From NCBI GenBank assembly GCA_030603665.1, contig JAUVXJ010000006.1, positions 54,781 to 118,780 on the forward strand: a stretch of 64,000 nucleotides of DNA, given 5' to 3'. A program made the position numbers and the translations under genes. The notes beneath the pieces were generated by a model. The model was not told the DNA's origin. It was given only the letters and a program-made list of their open reading frames with translations, and searched no databases. Shown here piece by piece: positions 1-10,193 of the stretch. Every line of letters begins with the position of its first letter. The first letter of the stretch is position 1. Origin of the DNA: Chloroflexota bacterium (lineage in GTDB: Bacteria; Chloroflexota; Anaerolineae; UBA7937; B3-Chlor).

Positions 1-1
1 G

Positions 2-550
2 GAGGACGTAGCCTTTGGGCCCGAGAACATGGGCCTACCGCTGCAGGAACTCAGGGCCCGAGTAGACGAGGCTCTCACCGTTGTGGACATGCTCGACCAC
101 CGTACCAGACCACCCCATATGCTGTCCGCAGGCCAGAAGCAGCGCGTGGTCATCGCGGGTGCCATAGCCATGCGGCCTGCCTGTCTGGTTCTCGACGAGG
201 CCACAGCCATGCTGGACCCACGCGGTCGCCGAGATGTGCTGGACACCATGCAGCAGCTACACGCCCAAGGGGTCACTATCATAGCCATCACCCACTTCAT
301 GCGCGAGGCCGTCGAAGGCACGAGGGTCATCGTCATGGACCAGGGCAACATCGCCATGGACGGTCCACCCCAGAGGATCTTCAGCCAGGCAGATGAGCTG
401 CGACAACTGGGCCTGGACCTCCCTCAGGTGACCCAGCTTGCCGAGCGCATCCATCGTAGAACGCCAGCCTTCCCCACACCGTTGCTGTCCGTCGAGGAAT
501 GTGTCGAGGAACTATGCCGCTTACCGCAGTCGGCGGTGGTGAGCTCATGA
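2..550 (+). CDS. ecfA: ECF transporter ATPase A component, 5'-truncated by window edge
   Basis: Frame open from base 2 (EDVAFGPENM...); signature LSAGQKQR, Walker B LVLDEAT and ITH switch motif; stop overlaps the next ATG (ATGA). Confidence 0.9.
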   Translation, partial: EDVAFGPENMGLPLQELRARVDEALTVVDMLDHRTRPPHMLSAGQKQRVVIAGAIAMRPACLVLDEATAMLDPRGRRDVLDTMQQLHAQGVTIIAITHFMREAVEGTRVIVMDQGNIAMDGPPQRIFSQADELRQLGLDLPQVTQLAERIHRRTPAFPTPLLSVEECVEELCRLPQSAVVSS

Positions 551-1425
551 CTCCTGTGCTGCGCGTGGAGGACCTCCATCACACCTATCTGCCGGGCACC
601 CCTTTTGAGGCGGTGTCCCTCCAGGGCGTGAATATGGAGGTGCAGGAAGGAGAGATCGTCGCCATCATCGGGCCCACCGGCTCCGGCAAATCCACCCTGA
701 TCCAGCACTTCAACGGGCTGATAAGCCCACAGAGGGGGAGCGTCACCGTTCTCGGACAGGATCTCCGTGACCACGACCTGGACATCAAGCGGTTGCGCCG
801 CCAGGTGGGAATGATCTTCCAGACCCCGGAGCAGCAGCTCTTCGAACAATACGTCGGGGATGACATCGCCTTCGGTCCCCGCAACTTCGGGCTGGATGCC
901 GCTGAGGTCCGTCAGCGTGTGAAGCGGGCTATGGAGATGGTGGGCCTCGGGTTTGAGGATTTCAAGGATCGGCTGACCTTCTCCCTCAGCGGCGGTGAGA
1001 TGCGTAAGGTGGCCATCGCCGGAGTCCTGGCCCTGGAACCAAGGATCCTCGTCTTCGACGAACCGACCTCCGGTCTGGATCCCGCGACTGCCAGCGAGTT
1101 TCTCGCCAAGATCAGGGAGCTACGCGATCTCGAAAAAGTGACCATCATCATCGTCTCTCATAACATGGAGAGTGTGGCCCAGCTAGCGGACCGCATCTAC
1201 GTCATCGTCCAGGGGCAAAGCGTCCTGGAAGGGACCCCTCAACAGATCTTCTCCCAGTCGGACCAGATACGCGACTACGGTCTCGATACCCCGCAGGTTA
1301 CCCAGGTGATGCAGGGTCTGCGCAGCTGTGGAAGGCCGGTCAGAGCGGACCTGCTCTCTGTTCGCGAGGCTGAAGAGGAGATATGTCGGTGTTTCGATCT
1401 CACCGAGCGTCAGGTGGACCACTGA
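547..1425 (+). CDS. ecfA: ECF transporter ATPase A' component
   Basis: Walker A GPTGSGKS, FQTPEQQLF Q-loop, LSGGEMRK, LVFDEPT. Start placed at ATG 547, coupled to the upstream stop. Confidence 0.92.
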   Translation: MTPVLRVEDLHHTYLPGTPFEAVSLQGVNMEVQEGEIVAIIGPTGSGKSTLIQHFNGLISPQRGSVTVLGQDLRDHDLDIKRLRRQVGMIFQTPEQQLFEQYVGDDIAFGPRNFGLDAAEVRQRVKRAMEMVGLGFEDFKDRLTFSLSGGEMRKVAIAGVLALEPRILVFDEPTSGLDPATASEFLAKIRELRDLEKVTIIIVSHNMESVAQLADRIYVIVQGQSVLEGTPQQIFSQSDQIRDYGLDTPQVTQVMQGLRSCGRPVRADLLSVREAEEEICRCFDLTERQVDH

Positions 1426-1426
1426 C

Positions 1427-2338
1427 ATGACAGACTACAGCGCTTTTGGGAACCTCACCATCGGTCAGTATCTACCCTACGGCTCTCTGGTGCACCACCT
1501 GGACCCGAGAGCGAAGATCGTGATGTTCTCACTCCTGGTCGCTGGGGTGACCTTCGCTAGCTCCTTCTCCGCCAGCGTCTTGTTGCTGGCAGCGCTGATG
1601 GGCATCGTGCGTCTCTCCCGCACGCCTCTGCGGTACGCGCTACAGGGTCTGCGACCAGCTCTGCCCTGGATCGCCATCTTCGCCACGTTGCAGCTACTCT
1701 TCTACCAAGGACAATACGGTTCAGATGTCTGTTCGACGATCTGGAGCTGGGGTTTCATCAACATCACCACCTGTAGCATCCGGCAGATAGGCCTCATGGT
1801 CCTTCGACTGCTGGAGTTCATGATCGTTATCAGCCTGCTCACCCTAACCACCACCACGGCGGAACTGACCCACGGCATGGACTTGCTGCTCAGCCCCCTC
1901 AGGCGGCTGAGGTTCCCAGCACACGAGCTGTCGCTGATCTTCGCCATCGCACTTCGCTTCGCCCCTACCCTGGCAGGGGAACTGGAAAGGATAATGAAAG
2001 CCCAGGCTTCGCGAGGGGCCGACTTCGGTGAGCAGGGGAGGCTGCGCTTCATTCAGCGCACACGGAACATGCTTCCCCTCATGGTACCTCTCTTCCTCAG
2101 CGCCTTGCGGCGCGCCGAAGATCTGACCCTGGCCATGGAGGCGCGAGGCTACACTGGGGGCAAAGGGAGGACAAGCTATGTGACGCTAAGCGCGCAGCCA
2201 GCGGACTATCTGGCTCTGGGGACGGTCTGTGTGTTCTGCGCGATACTCTTCTTCCTGCCGCTGGAGACGCTCGACACACTCATCGTCGCCACAGTCTCCC
2301 ACAATATGCAAGAGGTCTATTCCCTCATCGCACACTGA
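1427..2338 (+). CDS. ecfT: ECF transporter transmembrane T component
   Basis: IGQY..GSLVHHLDPRAK N-terminus, two conserved coupling motifs (ASRG and EARG), hydrophobic; follows two ECF ATPases. Confidence 0.92.
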   Translation: MTDYSAFGNLTIGQYLPYGSLVHHLDPRAKIVMFSLLVAGVTFASSFSASVLLLAALMGIVRLSRTPLRYALQGLRPALPWIAIFATLQLLFYQGQYGSDVCSTIWSWGFINITTCSIRQIGLMVLRLLEFMIVISLLTLTTTTAELTHGMDLLLSPLRRLRFPAHELSLIFAIALRFAPTLAGELERIMKAQASRGADFGEQGRLRFIQRTRNMLPLMVPLFLSALRRAEDLTLAMEARGYTGGKGRTSYVTLSAQPADYLALGTVCVFCAILFFLPLETLDTLIVATVSHNMQEVYSLIAH

Positions 2339-2370
2339 AGACTAAGAGGTTTTCGTGAAAGGAGAAAGAA

Positions 2371-3099
2371 ATGGAGAATAGAGGATCGCGCACTCTGGTG
2401 CGCAAGATCGTCGTTGCTGGCGTGTTGGGCGCCATCATTACCCTGCTGGGGTATCTGGGTCCGGCCGGTCCTGGCTTCATCCCAGTGCCCACCCCAGCCC
2501 AGCATGCCACCACGCTGCACGTGCCAGTCATCATCGGAGCCGTGCTGGAGGGACCCATCGTCGGGCTAGTGCTGGGGCTCATCTTTGGCGTCTTCAGCTG
2601 GTTCCAAGCCGGAGTCCTGGGTGTGGTGATGTTCCAGGACCCCCTGGTGGCCATACTGCCCCGTCTCTTCATCGGGGTCACAGCATGGGCCGCCTACGCC
2701 GCCTTTCGGAAGACGGGCAAGTACGCAGCGATGGGACTGGCTGGATGCATGTTGGTGATATGTGGAGCCTTCGTGTACTGGGTAGTTGCGGTGAACGTGC
2801 TGCTGTCAGCGGTGCTCGCCATAGTGCTGCTGGCCCTGATCGCGGGGTTCGTCTACCTGGCGCTGAGAGAGAACAGAGAGATTCAGGCGCTCATTCTCGC
2901 TGGAGCGGTGGGCACCCTGACCAACACCATCCTCGTCCTCACTATGCTGGTAGTACGGGGGTATCTCCCACCCGAAGCGGCGCTCGTGGCAGGCCTGACC
3001 AACGGCATACCTGAGGTAATCGTCGCCTGCATCATCGTCGTGGCCGTCGTGGGGGCCTGGAAGGGCATCGAGACAAGGAGGGCTGGTTCTACCGTCTGA
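2371..3099 (+). CDS. ECF transporter S component (PanT-like; substrate unconfirmed)
   Basis: GFIPVP...TTLHVPVIIGAVLEGP and LPRLFIG motifs, very hydrophobic; AAAGGAG RBS; last gene of the ECF operon. Confidence 0.8.
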   Translation: MENRGSRTLVRKIVVAGVLGAIITLLGYLGPAGPGFIPVPTPAQHATTLHVPVIIGAVLEGPIVGLVLGLIFGVFSWFQAGVLGVVMFQDPLVAILPRLFIGVTAWAAYAAFRKTGKYAAMGLAGCMLVICGAFVYWVVAVNVLLSAVLAIVLLALIAGFVYLALRENREIQALILAGAVGTLTNTILVLTMLVVRGYLPPEAALVAGLTNGIPEVIVACIIVVAVVGAWKGIETRRAGSTV

Positions 3100-3117
3100 G
3101 TCGGGGGGCGCGGCGAG

Positions 3118-4167
3118 CTATGTGCCCAGAACGAGCCTGAGGACAACAAACCCAAGCAAGGGGAGGGCCACGACACCGGCCAGCTTGAGCCACAGAACAA
3201 CCTGGTCGAGTGGAGTGCTACCTCCCTTGCGAAGGGCGCCCCATATGGGAGCATAGAAGCAGAGCACACTGATCACCAGATAGGCGGTCACCTTGAGGTA
3301 GTAATCGGGAGTGATGACCCCTGCGCGCTGGGGCAGTTCTATGGCCTCTATGCTCAACCGCAGTCCAAGAAGCGCAAACAGAAAGGCCCACCTCAATTGG
3401 TAGCCCGAGGCCGCCGTCAACGCGGTCGGCGACGAGGCGCCGGCCAGGAGCCGTCTCCACTCGAAAGTGGCTACGAACTGCCGCCCGGCTATCATACTCA
3501 TCATATAGAAGGAGAGCGCCAGGCTCGCCTCCCGCCCCAGGATGGTTAGCCAGTTCTGCACCATCCACCAGGATCCATAGCCGGCGACCATCTTGGGGCT
3601 GTCGAAGAGGACAATCCCTGCCGCCGCACCGAGGGATATCCACAGCCATACCCGGCTGCGATAGGCATTGCCGACCTCAGCGGACCTCCCTTGCAGACAC
3701 ATGGCCTCGTATACACCGGCGATGCCCCTCGGCTGCCATACATAGAAGGCGCATGTGGCCGGGAACACCAAGAGTAGCAGTAGCTGAGTATGCCAGTCCT
3801 GCAGACTACCCAGGTATCCTTCTCTGCTGTGTAGACCGCCGAAGACCGCGGGTAGCACAAACAGATAGACCACGCCCCAGGCTAGCCCGGCCAGCGCCAG
3901 GGTGTGTGCCCTCATGCCCAGTCTTGCCACCAGGAATTGTGCCAGAGGATCGGCTCTGTAGATCACTCTGTCCGTGGTCTCAGGGTTCTTTGGTGACCGT
4001 TCTCCGTTCACACTGCTCATGAACTGCGAACTCGACCTCCAGACGACTGATCTGATCTCCGCCGGTCCCAGCTTTGGTCTCGCGCCGACACTCAGCACAG
4101 ATCTCAGTGCCGAGGTATTAGAGCACAGACGCCGCCACATATCAAGGCCATGAGCCGGGACGCGCAT
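3118..4167 (-). CDS. Hypothetical multi-pass membrane protein (start uncertain, possibly ATG 4020)
   Basis: 349-aa ORF with about 7 hydrophobic segments filling the gap between recognised genes. Confidence 0.6.
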   Translation of the reverse strand: MRVPAHGLDMWRRLCSNTSALRSVLSVGARPKLGPAEIRSVVWRSSSQFMSSVNGERSPKNPETTDRVIYRADPLAQFLVARLGMRAHTLALAGLAWGVVYLFVLPAVFGGLHSREGYLGSLQDWHTQLLLLLVFPATCAFYVWQPRGIAGVYEAMCLQGRSAEVGNAYRSRVWLWISLGAAAGIVLFDSPKMVAGYGSWWMVQNWLTILGREASLALSFYMMSMIAGRQFVATFEWRRLLAGASSPTALTAASGYQLRWAFLFALLGLRLSIEAIELPQRAGVITPDYYLKVTAYLVISVLCFYAPIWGALRKGGSTPLDQVVLWLKLAGVVALPLLGFVVLRLVLGT

Positions 4168-4310
4168 GTCGAGTCGGGACGAGAGTTACGCCACAGCAGC
4201 CAGGTGCGGGTCGACCAGCTCACGTTCCGATCGCGCAGTGAGGACCCTACCATTGCACCAGCCGAGGCGCTACAATATACTAACTTGCGGGAGGAAATGA
4301 ACGATACCGC

Positions 4311-6251
4311 ATGCATGATGTTTACGACGTGATTGTGGTGGGTGCAGGCCACGCCGGGTGTGAGGCCGCTCTGGCAGCAGCCCGGCTGGGCTGTCGCACT
4401 CTGCTGCTCACCATCAGCCTCGACCACATCGCAGAGATGCCCTGCAATCCCAGCGTGGGCGGGCCGGCGAAAGGACATCTGACCCGCGAGATCGGGGCCC
4501 TAGGTGGGGAACAGGCGCGAAACATCGACCGCACCTTCATTCAGATTCGCCTCCTCAACCAGAGCAAGGGCCCTGCCGTGCATGCCCTACGGGCTCAGGC
4601 GGACAGGCGCCTCTATTCCGCCACCATGAGGACCACACTGGAGAGCACACCCAGCCTCCAGCTGAGGCAGGCAGTGGTGGAGAGGCTGCTCGTGAAACAT
4701 GACAAGGTCGAGGGCGTACAGGACAGCTCCGGGAGGCGGTACTCGGGCACAGCCGTGGTCTTGACCACAGGAACCTTCCTCAACGCCCGCCTGACTAGGG
4801 GCGCGCACACCTGGCCGGGTGGCAGAGATGGAGAGCAAGCGGCGACCGGCATGTCCCAATCCCTCAGAGACCTCGGTTTCTTCGTCGAACGTTTGAAGAC
4901 AGATACCCCTCCCCGCGTGGATGCTCGAACGATAGACTTCACCGAGACCGACGTCCAGCTGGGCAGCGCGGACCCTCTGTACTTCAGTTTCTCGTACGGC
5001 GATGTGGCTCCTGGACCTCCCGAACCGGTGATTCCTCGGCAACCGCCAGAAGCCGTATACCCCATCCCTTCACAGCTTGAGTGGCGTCATCAGATCCCCT
5101 GCTATCTGGTCCACACCAACCCGCACACCCACGACGTGATCATGTCCAACCTCCATCGCGCCCCTCTGTACGACGGAACGATCGACGCCGAGGGGCCTCG
5201 CTACTGCCCCAGCATAGAGATCAAGGTGCCCTCCTTCCCCGAGAAGCACTCCCACCAGTTCTTCCTCGCGCCTGAGGGCTGGCATACCAATCAGGTCTAC
5301 GTCCAGGGGGCGTATACCAGCCTCCCCGAAGACGTGCAACTCGCCATGCTGCGCACGATCCCTGCCCTGCAAAGGGTGGAGGTCTTGCGTTACGGATATG
5401 CCGTCGAGTACGACTACGTTCCCTCCTCTCAACTCTCCTCATCTCTGGAGACCAAACTTGTGGAGGGCCTGTTTCACGCGGGTCAGATCAACGGCTCCTC
5501 CGGCTATGAAGAGGCTGCCGCTCAGGGCATCATGGCTGGCATTAGCGCTGCTCGCAAGGTACGGGGCGAGCCTCCAATCATCGTGGGCCGTGACCAGGCG
5601 TACATAGGTGTCCTCATCGACGACCTCGTCACCAAGGACATCAATGAACCCTACCGCATGATGACTTCGCGCGCTGAGTACCGCCTTCTCCTGCGGCAGG
5701 ACAACGCGGATCTCCGCCTATCACCCATCGGCTACGATCTCGGGCTCCTGGATCGGCGGCGGTACGAGGCTGTCGAACGGAAGCGCAAGGCGATAGAGAC
5801 AGAACTGGCGCGCCTGAAGGAGACCTGGCTCCGTCCTACAGACGACACCAACCGGCAACTCGCGGCCTGGGACCTTCTGCCCCTGGACGATGGCGTCAAC
5901 GCCCTGCAATTCCTGCGTCGCCCGGAGATCACCTACGCCATGCTGGAGGCACTCGCCCCAAGCCGCGGCCGATTGGCGCCTGACGCAGCGCAACAGGTAG
6001 CCATCGAGGCCAAGTATGCGGGGTACATCGAGAAGCAACGAAAGCAGGTGGAGCGGATGCGTCGCCTGGAACAGCGCGCCATCCCGTCGACCTTCGACTA
6101 TGACCGGATAGTGGGCATGCGGAAGGAGGCCCAGGAGAAGCTGCGCCGCTTCTGCCCCGCCACGGTGGGCCAGGCCACCCGCATCAGCGGCGTCAACCCT
6201 GCCGATATCTCCATCCTCCTCATCTATCTGGAACGGTCTAGAGCACGGTAG
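4311..6251 (+). CDS. mnmG: tRNA uridine 5-carboxymethylaminomethyl modification enzyme MnmG (GidA)
   Basis: GAGHAGCEAA, MPCNPSVGGPAKG, GPRYCPSIE, AGQING..GYEEAAAQG, EPYRMMTSRAEYRL motifs. Confidence 0.95.
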   Translation: MHDVYDVIVVGAGHAGCEAALAAARLGCRTLLLTISLDHIAEMPCNPSVGGPAKGHLTREIGALGGEQARNIDRTFIQIRLLNQSKGPAVHALRAQADRRLYSATMRTTLESTPSLQLRQAVVERLLVKHDKVEGVQDSSGRRYSGTAVVLTTGTFLNARLTRGAHTWPGGRDGEQAATGMSQSLRDLGFFVERLKTDTPPRVDARTIDFTETDVQLGSADPLYFSFSYGDVAPGPPEPVIPRQPPEAVYPIPSQLEWRHQIPCYLVHTNPHTHDVIMSNLHRAPLYDGTIDAEGPRYCPSIEIKVPSFPEKHSHQFFLAPEGWHTNQVYVQGAYTSLPEDVQLAMLRTIPALQRVEVLRYGYAVEYDYVPSSQLSSSLETKLVEGLFHAGQINGSSGYEEAAAQGIMAGISAARKVRGEPPIIVGRDQAYIGVLIDDLVTKDINEPYRMMTSRAEYRLLLRQDNADLRLSPIGYDLGLLDRRRYEAVERKRKAIETELARLKETWLRPTDDTNRQLAAWDLLPLDDGVNALQFLRRPEITYAMLEALAPSRGRLAPDAAQQVAIEAKYAGYIEKQRKQVERMRRLEQRAIPSTFDYDRIVGMRKEAQEKLRRFCPATVGQATRISGVNPADISILLIYLERSRAR

Positions 6252-6430
6252 GACGCTCGCCCTCAGCAATCCAGCCCTCCACCTCTGCAACGGCCTTCTG
6301 CGCGGCCCGGTACTGTGTGCATTCTCCTCTGCGCTAAGGTGCCCCAGCGAAAGCAGCTTCCAAAGCCCACAACGCGCGCGACGGGACTCTTTGCCTGCGG
6401 AGCGACCAGCGGCTGACAGACCGGACACAC

Positions 6431-6462
6431 AAAGGGTGGAGGCGTTCCTCTGCCTCCACCCC
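6431..6462 (-). terminator. Probable intrinsic terminator between convergent genes
   Basis: 10-bp perfect stem GGGTGGAGGC/GCCTCCACCC with an 8-nt loop, followed by TTT on the minus strand, about 50 bp after the stop at 6511. Confidence 0.6.
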
Positions 6463-6510
6463 TGTTATCCAGGTTTTCGTACGCAGTACCCGAGACGGGC
6501 ACCGACGAAT

Positions 6511-7881
6511 CTAGGCTGACTCTCCCCCCTTTGGCTTGTAGAGGCGCACCCAGGCCAACATCCAGATTGCGCCCAGCCCAAAGATCGTCACCGCCACACT
6601 GAAGAACGCACCCAGGAAGGGGATGCTCCTCAGCAGCACAAAGATGGCCAAGCCTATGAGCAGCGGTACGATCCCCATCGCCTTATCCACCCACGCGGAA
6701 GCCGTGTTCTTCAAGATCAGCCACCCTATGAGATAGCAGAAGGCGACCTTGGTGATGTAGACGGAGACGATCCAGAACCCCACGACCAGGGCAGCCTCCA
6801 ACACCATGAACACGCCAGTGATGATTCCAACCAACCCACCCAAGGTGAGCACTCCAAGGATGATGTCGAGCATGATCATCACGAAGAACAGCAAGGGCAC
6901 GATCACCAGGAACGCCAGCAGGGCCGCCACACCCCAGCCCAGGCTGTGCAGTGGTTTCTCCTTCCAGTGCTGAACCACTTCCTTCAGCCATTTGGGTACG
7001 AGCCACAATAGAAGTACCCCGATGATGAGCAGTGTCAAGAAGTTGCGGATGGTGCCCACGATCCATCTGACCACCAAGGTCACGATGGCCACAGCCGTCA
7101 ATGCCCCAGTCGGGACCTCCGGGACCTCAACCTCTGAGGCCTCGACGTCATCAGGCACCGGCGTCTGATAGACTATGGCCCCACCGACGACCTCGTCCGG
7201 AATCTCCACTGTCGCCGGGCTGGTGTAGGTCAGCTTGCCATCTATCTGAGCTTCCTCCGTGATGGTCAGCCCGGGACCGACAAGGCGTGGCGGCATGTAC
7301 GGGTTCCACGTGCCCATGAAGACACTCCATTGTTCGAACTCGGGGTCTGGCTCCTCCACCTCCGCCTGGACGTCACCTGCTATGTGGCCCGAGATCTCCA
7401 GCGCGGCCGCCGCTACCTTCACATCTCCAGCGATGTCCCCGCCAAGCAGGGCCTGATACCCCGCAACGAATGTGTCACCCGCGATCGCACTGCCCGGCTC
7501 AGCGGCGAAACCGAAGCCAGCCGCAAACAGGTCATCGCCCACCTCGCCGCTGGGGCCAAGCTTCAAGTCGCTGCCCGCGAAACGTACATCATCGGTCACG
7601 GTGCCGTTGATGTGGATCTTTCCCCCTGCGGCCCACAGGTCGCCGTCAATGGTGCCATTGATGATTATGTCGCCACCCGCAGCGATCAGATCACCGTGGA
7701 CTGTCCCGTTGACGGTGATGGAACGCGCGAACAAATACAGGTCATCGTCGACGTCCTCATCGATGACAATGACGTCTGTGGTTCTGATATCGGCCGCCAG
7801 CGCAGGCGCTGCCAGAACCAGGGAGGCCAACAACAGTATGCCAAGCACGATCAGTGTCTTTCTTGTGCGGCCTTTCCTCAT
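6511..7881 (-). CDS. Polymer-forming cytoskeletal (bactofilin-like beta-helix) membrane protein
   Basis: Signal peptide, repeated (I/V)xGxVxGDLxAAGG units and a C-terminal multi-TM region; start at ATG 7881 behind AAGGAGG. Confidence 0.75.
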   Translation of the reverse strand: MRKGRTRKTLIVLGILLLASLVLAAPALAADIRTTDVIVIDEDVDDDLYLFARSITVNGTVHGDLIAAGGDIIINGTIDGDLWAAGGKIHINGTVTDDVRFAGSDLKLGPSGEVGDDLFAAGFGFAAEPGSAIAGDTFVAGYQALLGGDIAGDVKVAAAALEISGHIAGDVQAEVEEPDPEFEQWSVFMGTWNPYMPPRLVGPGLTITEEAQIDGKLTYTSPATVEIPDEVVGGAIVYQTPVPDDVEASEVEVPEVPTGALTAVAIVTLVVRWIVGTIRNFLTLLIIGVLLLWLVPKWLKEVVQHWKEKPLHSLGWGVAALLAFLVIVPLLFFVMIMLDIILGVLTLGGLVGIITGVFMVLEAALVVGFWIVSVYITKVAFCYLIGWLILKNTASAWVDKAMGIVPLLIGLAIFVLLRSIPFLGAFFSVAVTIFGLGAIWMLAWVRLYKPKGGESA

Positions 7882-7940
7882 CTCTATTCCTCCTTCTCCC
7901 TCGCGGGTTGTACTGAACTTGGGGTGAAGCCTCGGCACAT

Positions 7941-7970
7941 CGACCAAGCTCACCTGCCGCTTTGTTAGGC
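7941..7970 (-). repeat. Internally deleted attC remnant marking the distal end of the array
   Basis: Minus strand GCCTAAC-AAA-GCGGCAGGTGAGCTTGGTCG; the right arm matches the sites at 9021 and 16652. Confidence 0.7.
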
Positions 7971-8945
7971 TTTGTTATTATGTTCCAAAGTTATTACTAC
8001 ATTTCCCTTCTTGTGCCCTCTTTCAACATAGCTATGAGCCTCGGCAGTTTGTTCTAACGGATAGCGTCTATCTATGACCGATTTCATCTTCCCCGCCTCA
8101 ATAAGCTCTTTGAGGAAAACTACATCTTCGGTACTATTCTCTGCTATCGCGAATATCGCTTTCTTGCTGCTTGTCATCGAAGTCCATAGCCCTCGAACAA
8201 TCTGTGGCAGCCCAGGGCTAGCTAAAAGATAGCGTCCATTTTGCTTTAGCGATCTTATACTACCTGAAAACGAACTCTTGCCTACAGCGTCAAAAACAAT
8301 ATCATAGGTCTCACCGCCTTTGGTAAAATCCTCTTTAGTGTAATCAATTACCTTATCGGCTCCCAGAGATTTCACCAATTCCAAATTCGTGGTACTGCAT
8401 ACCCCGGTAACTTCTGCCCCAAAGTACTTGGCAAGCTGTACCGCAGCAGTACCTACACTTCCAGAAGCTCCATAGATAAGAACTTCTTGTCCGCTCTGGA
8501 TGTTACCCTTGTCTCTAAGGAAAAACAATGCGGATAATGCCCCAAAAGGAACAGCGGCGGCTTCCTCATAGGTCATATTGGCCGGTTTTATTGCCACCGT
8601 CCCTTCTTCAGGCAGACATTTGTACTCGGCATGAGTACCGATGTACTCGCCAACACCGGTAGATCCGAAAACTTGGTCACCTTTCCTAAATACCTTTACA
8701 TCTTTGCCTACTGCTTCAATCTCCCCGGCTAGGTCAGACCCTAGTATAGTATTCTTTGGCCTTGGGAAACCCATCATGATTCTTCCCCAAAATGGGTCAC
8801 CCTTTCGAGATCTCCAGTCCCCTGATGATACTGTTGTCGCATATACCTTTACCAGTATTTCATTGTCCTTGGGAGTAGGTCTTGCTACCTCTTTGAGCTG
8901 AAGAACATCCGGTGGTCCGTATCTTGTGTATACAATCGCTTTCAT
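7965..8945 (-). CDS. Zn-independent MDR family NAD(P)H oxidoreductase, copy 1
   Basis: MKAIV..YGPPDVL start, GASGSVG nucleotide-binding motif, C-terminal [17 protein letters not shown]; no structural-zinc 4-Cys cluster. Confidence 0.9.
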   Translation of the reverse strand: MKAIVYTRYGPPDVLQLKEVARPTPKDNEILVKVYATTVSSGDWRSRKGDPFWGRIMMGFPRPKNTILGSDLAGEIEAVGKDVKVFRKGDQVFGSTGVGEYIGTHAEYKCLPEEGTVAIKPANMTYEEAAAVPFGALSALFFLRDKGNIQSGQEVLIYGASGSVGTAAVQLAKYFGAEVTGVCSTTNLELVKSLGADKVIDYTKEDFTKGGETYDIVFDAVGKSSFSGSIRSLKQNGRYLLASPGLPQIVRGLWTSMTSSKKAIFAIAENSTEDVVFLKELIEAGKMKSVIDRRYPLEQTAEAHSYVERGHKKGNVVITLEHNNKA

Positions 8946-9020
8946 GAGTCTCCTCCTTATCTACTTTGATTTGGCCATTTTCAATGTAGTTCACTACCAT
9001 ACATCCTGCAAGCTAGCAAT
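8946..9020 (-). repeat. Conserved ~75-bp MDR-cassette leader (other copies: 12799-12874, 16595-16651, 20080-20155, 21294-21368, 30342-30416)
   Basis: Shared core like GATCCGGTCATTTTGCGTGTAGTTCACCA (+ strand), lying between the GTTRRRY-type box and the MDR start codon. Confidence 0.8.
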
Positions 9021-9091
9021 ACCCAACGACCAAGCCCACCTGCCGCTATTCCGCTGCACTTCATAGCGCCAACTGTAACGCTTTGTTAGGT
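9021..9091 (-). repeat. attC-like site (hybrid arms)
   Basis: Minus strand ACCTAAC AAAGCGTTACAGTTGG...CGCTATGAAGTGCAGCGGAATAGCG...GCTTGGTC GTTGGGT. Confidence 0.8.
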
Positions 9092-9155
9092 CCTGCTATT
9101 ATGCTCCACAGTTATGCCTACATTCCCCTCTTTATGGCCTTCTTCGACATACCTC
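9086..9155 (-). pseudogene. 3' remnant of an MDR gene
   Basis: Encodes YVEEGHKEGNVGITVEHNSRT*, the MDR C-terminus, ending in the attC box. Confidence 0.75.
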
Positions 9156-9205
9156 AAGACTCATTCTACTTCCTCCTTTTTCCTTTCAGTCCTGCTTGCC
9201 GAACA

Positions 9206-9889
9206 CTAATCTAGATGACTGCCGTCGCAAAAAGGTCTATTAGAGCTCTTCCCACATCCGCAGAGGGTTACACGATTGCGAACTTCATATGTTGTACCAT
9301 CTGCTGATTCGATAGGAATGCCGCCCCGGACCCAGATAGGGCCCGTCTTCCCTGACTGAGTGTCCCAAACCAGACCGATAGACGGTTCGAAGACAGGCTC
9401 GATAGCTGTGCCCCTTTCATCCCAGACTACCAGCCTTCCGGAAGGGCAATCACAGGCTTCCTCGATAGCTATTTCTCTGGCATCGAGATTATGGGATTCT
9501 TCGGTGAGTTGCCATATTCCCCCGGCGCGGTCGCAGAAACGGGCGGTGGCACAGAAATCCGGTGCGTCGGTGAGTATGAGGCCTGGACCGGTTATTTCGT
9601 CGGCTTGCTCTAGATAGGGAGTGCGGGCAGCTTCTTCTGTACCGTCGAACTTGATTCTAACGTGAGTACCATCGCAAAATGGCCGGTTACGGGAGCGACC
9701 GCACCGACAGAGAGCATAGTTCTCCAGCGTCGGATATTCTTTGCCTTCTTTCCAGCCATGACTCTGCCCATCGGCATCAACCCGGATGATCTGCTCCGAA
9801 AGTGGAATCCCTCCCGTTACGAGGTAAGGGCCGTTCTTGGATACCTTGATTCTGTATTTGGCTACTTCTTGAGGATTGATTTCTGACAT
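9206..9889 (-). CDS. CDGSH iron-sulfur domain protein (two CDGSH motifs)
   Basis: ALCRCGRSRNRPFCDGTH and TLCGCGKSSNRPFCDGSH plus a central CATARFC...CPSG domain; start placed at ATG 9889. Confidence 0.88.
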   Translation of the reverse strand: MSEINPQEVAKYRIKVSKNGPYLVTGGIPLSEQIIRVDADGQSHGWKEGKEYPTLENYALCRCGRSRNRPFCDGTHVRIKFDGTEEAARTPYLEQADEITGPGLILTDAPDFCATARFCDRAGGIWQLTEESHNLDAREIAIEEACDCPSGRLVVWDERGTAIEPVFEPSIGLVWDTQSGKTGPIWVRGGIPIESADGTTYEVRNRVTLCGCGKSSNRPFCDGSHLD

Positions 9890-9899
9890 TCCCGTGTAT

Positions 9900-10172
9900 C
9901 TACACCATGGCAATCTTGGTCTTATTGTCTTCGAATTCAACTTCAAAGACCGTCTCGTCTTTTGCTCTACCTCCAAGAAGACCTATTCTGGGGCCAGCGA
10001 TGCATTTGCCGGTTGGTACATTGAATTTGGCGCCGTGGTTGGGGCAAGTAATCACCTTCTTGTGTCCCTTTTCAACATACCTGTGAGCCTCGGCCATCTG
10101 TTCCAATGGATGGCGTCGATCTATGACCGCCTTTGGCTTTCCCGCCTCAATAAGCTCTTTGATGTGCTCCAT
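9900..10172 (-). pseudogene. Chimeric ORF: MDR C-terminus fused in frame to a Rieske ferredoxin C-terminal half
   Basis: [20 protein letters not shown] joined to [22 protein letters not shown] (second Rieske box CxxH only). Confidence 0.7.
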
Positions 10173-10193
10173 TTAACCAGTTTATGCCCGTCT

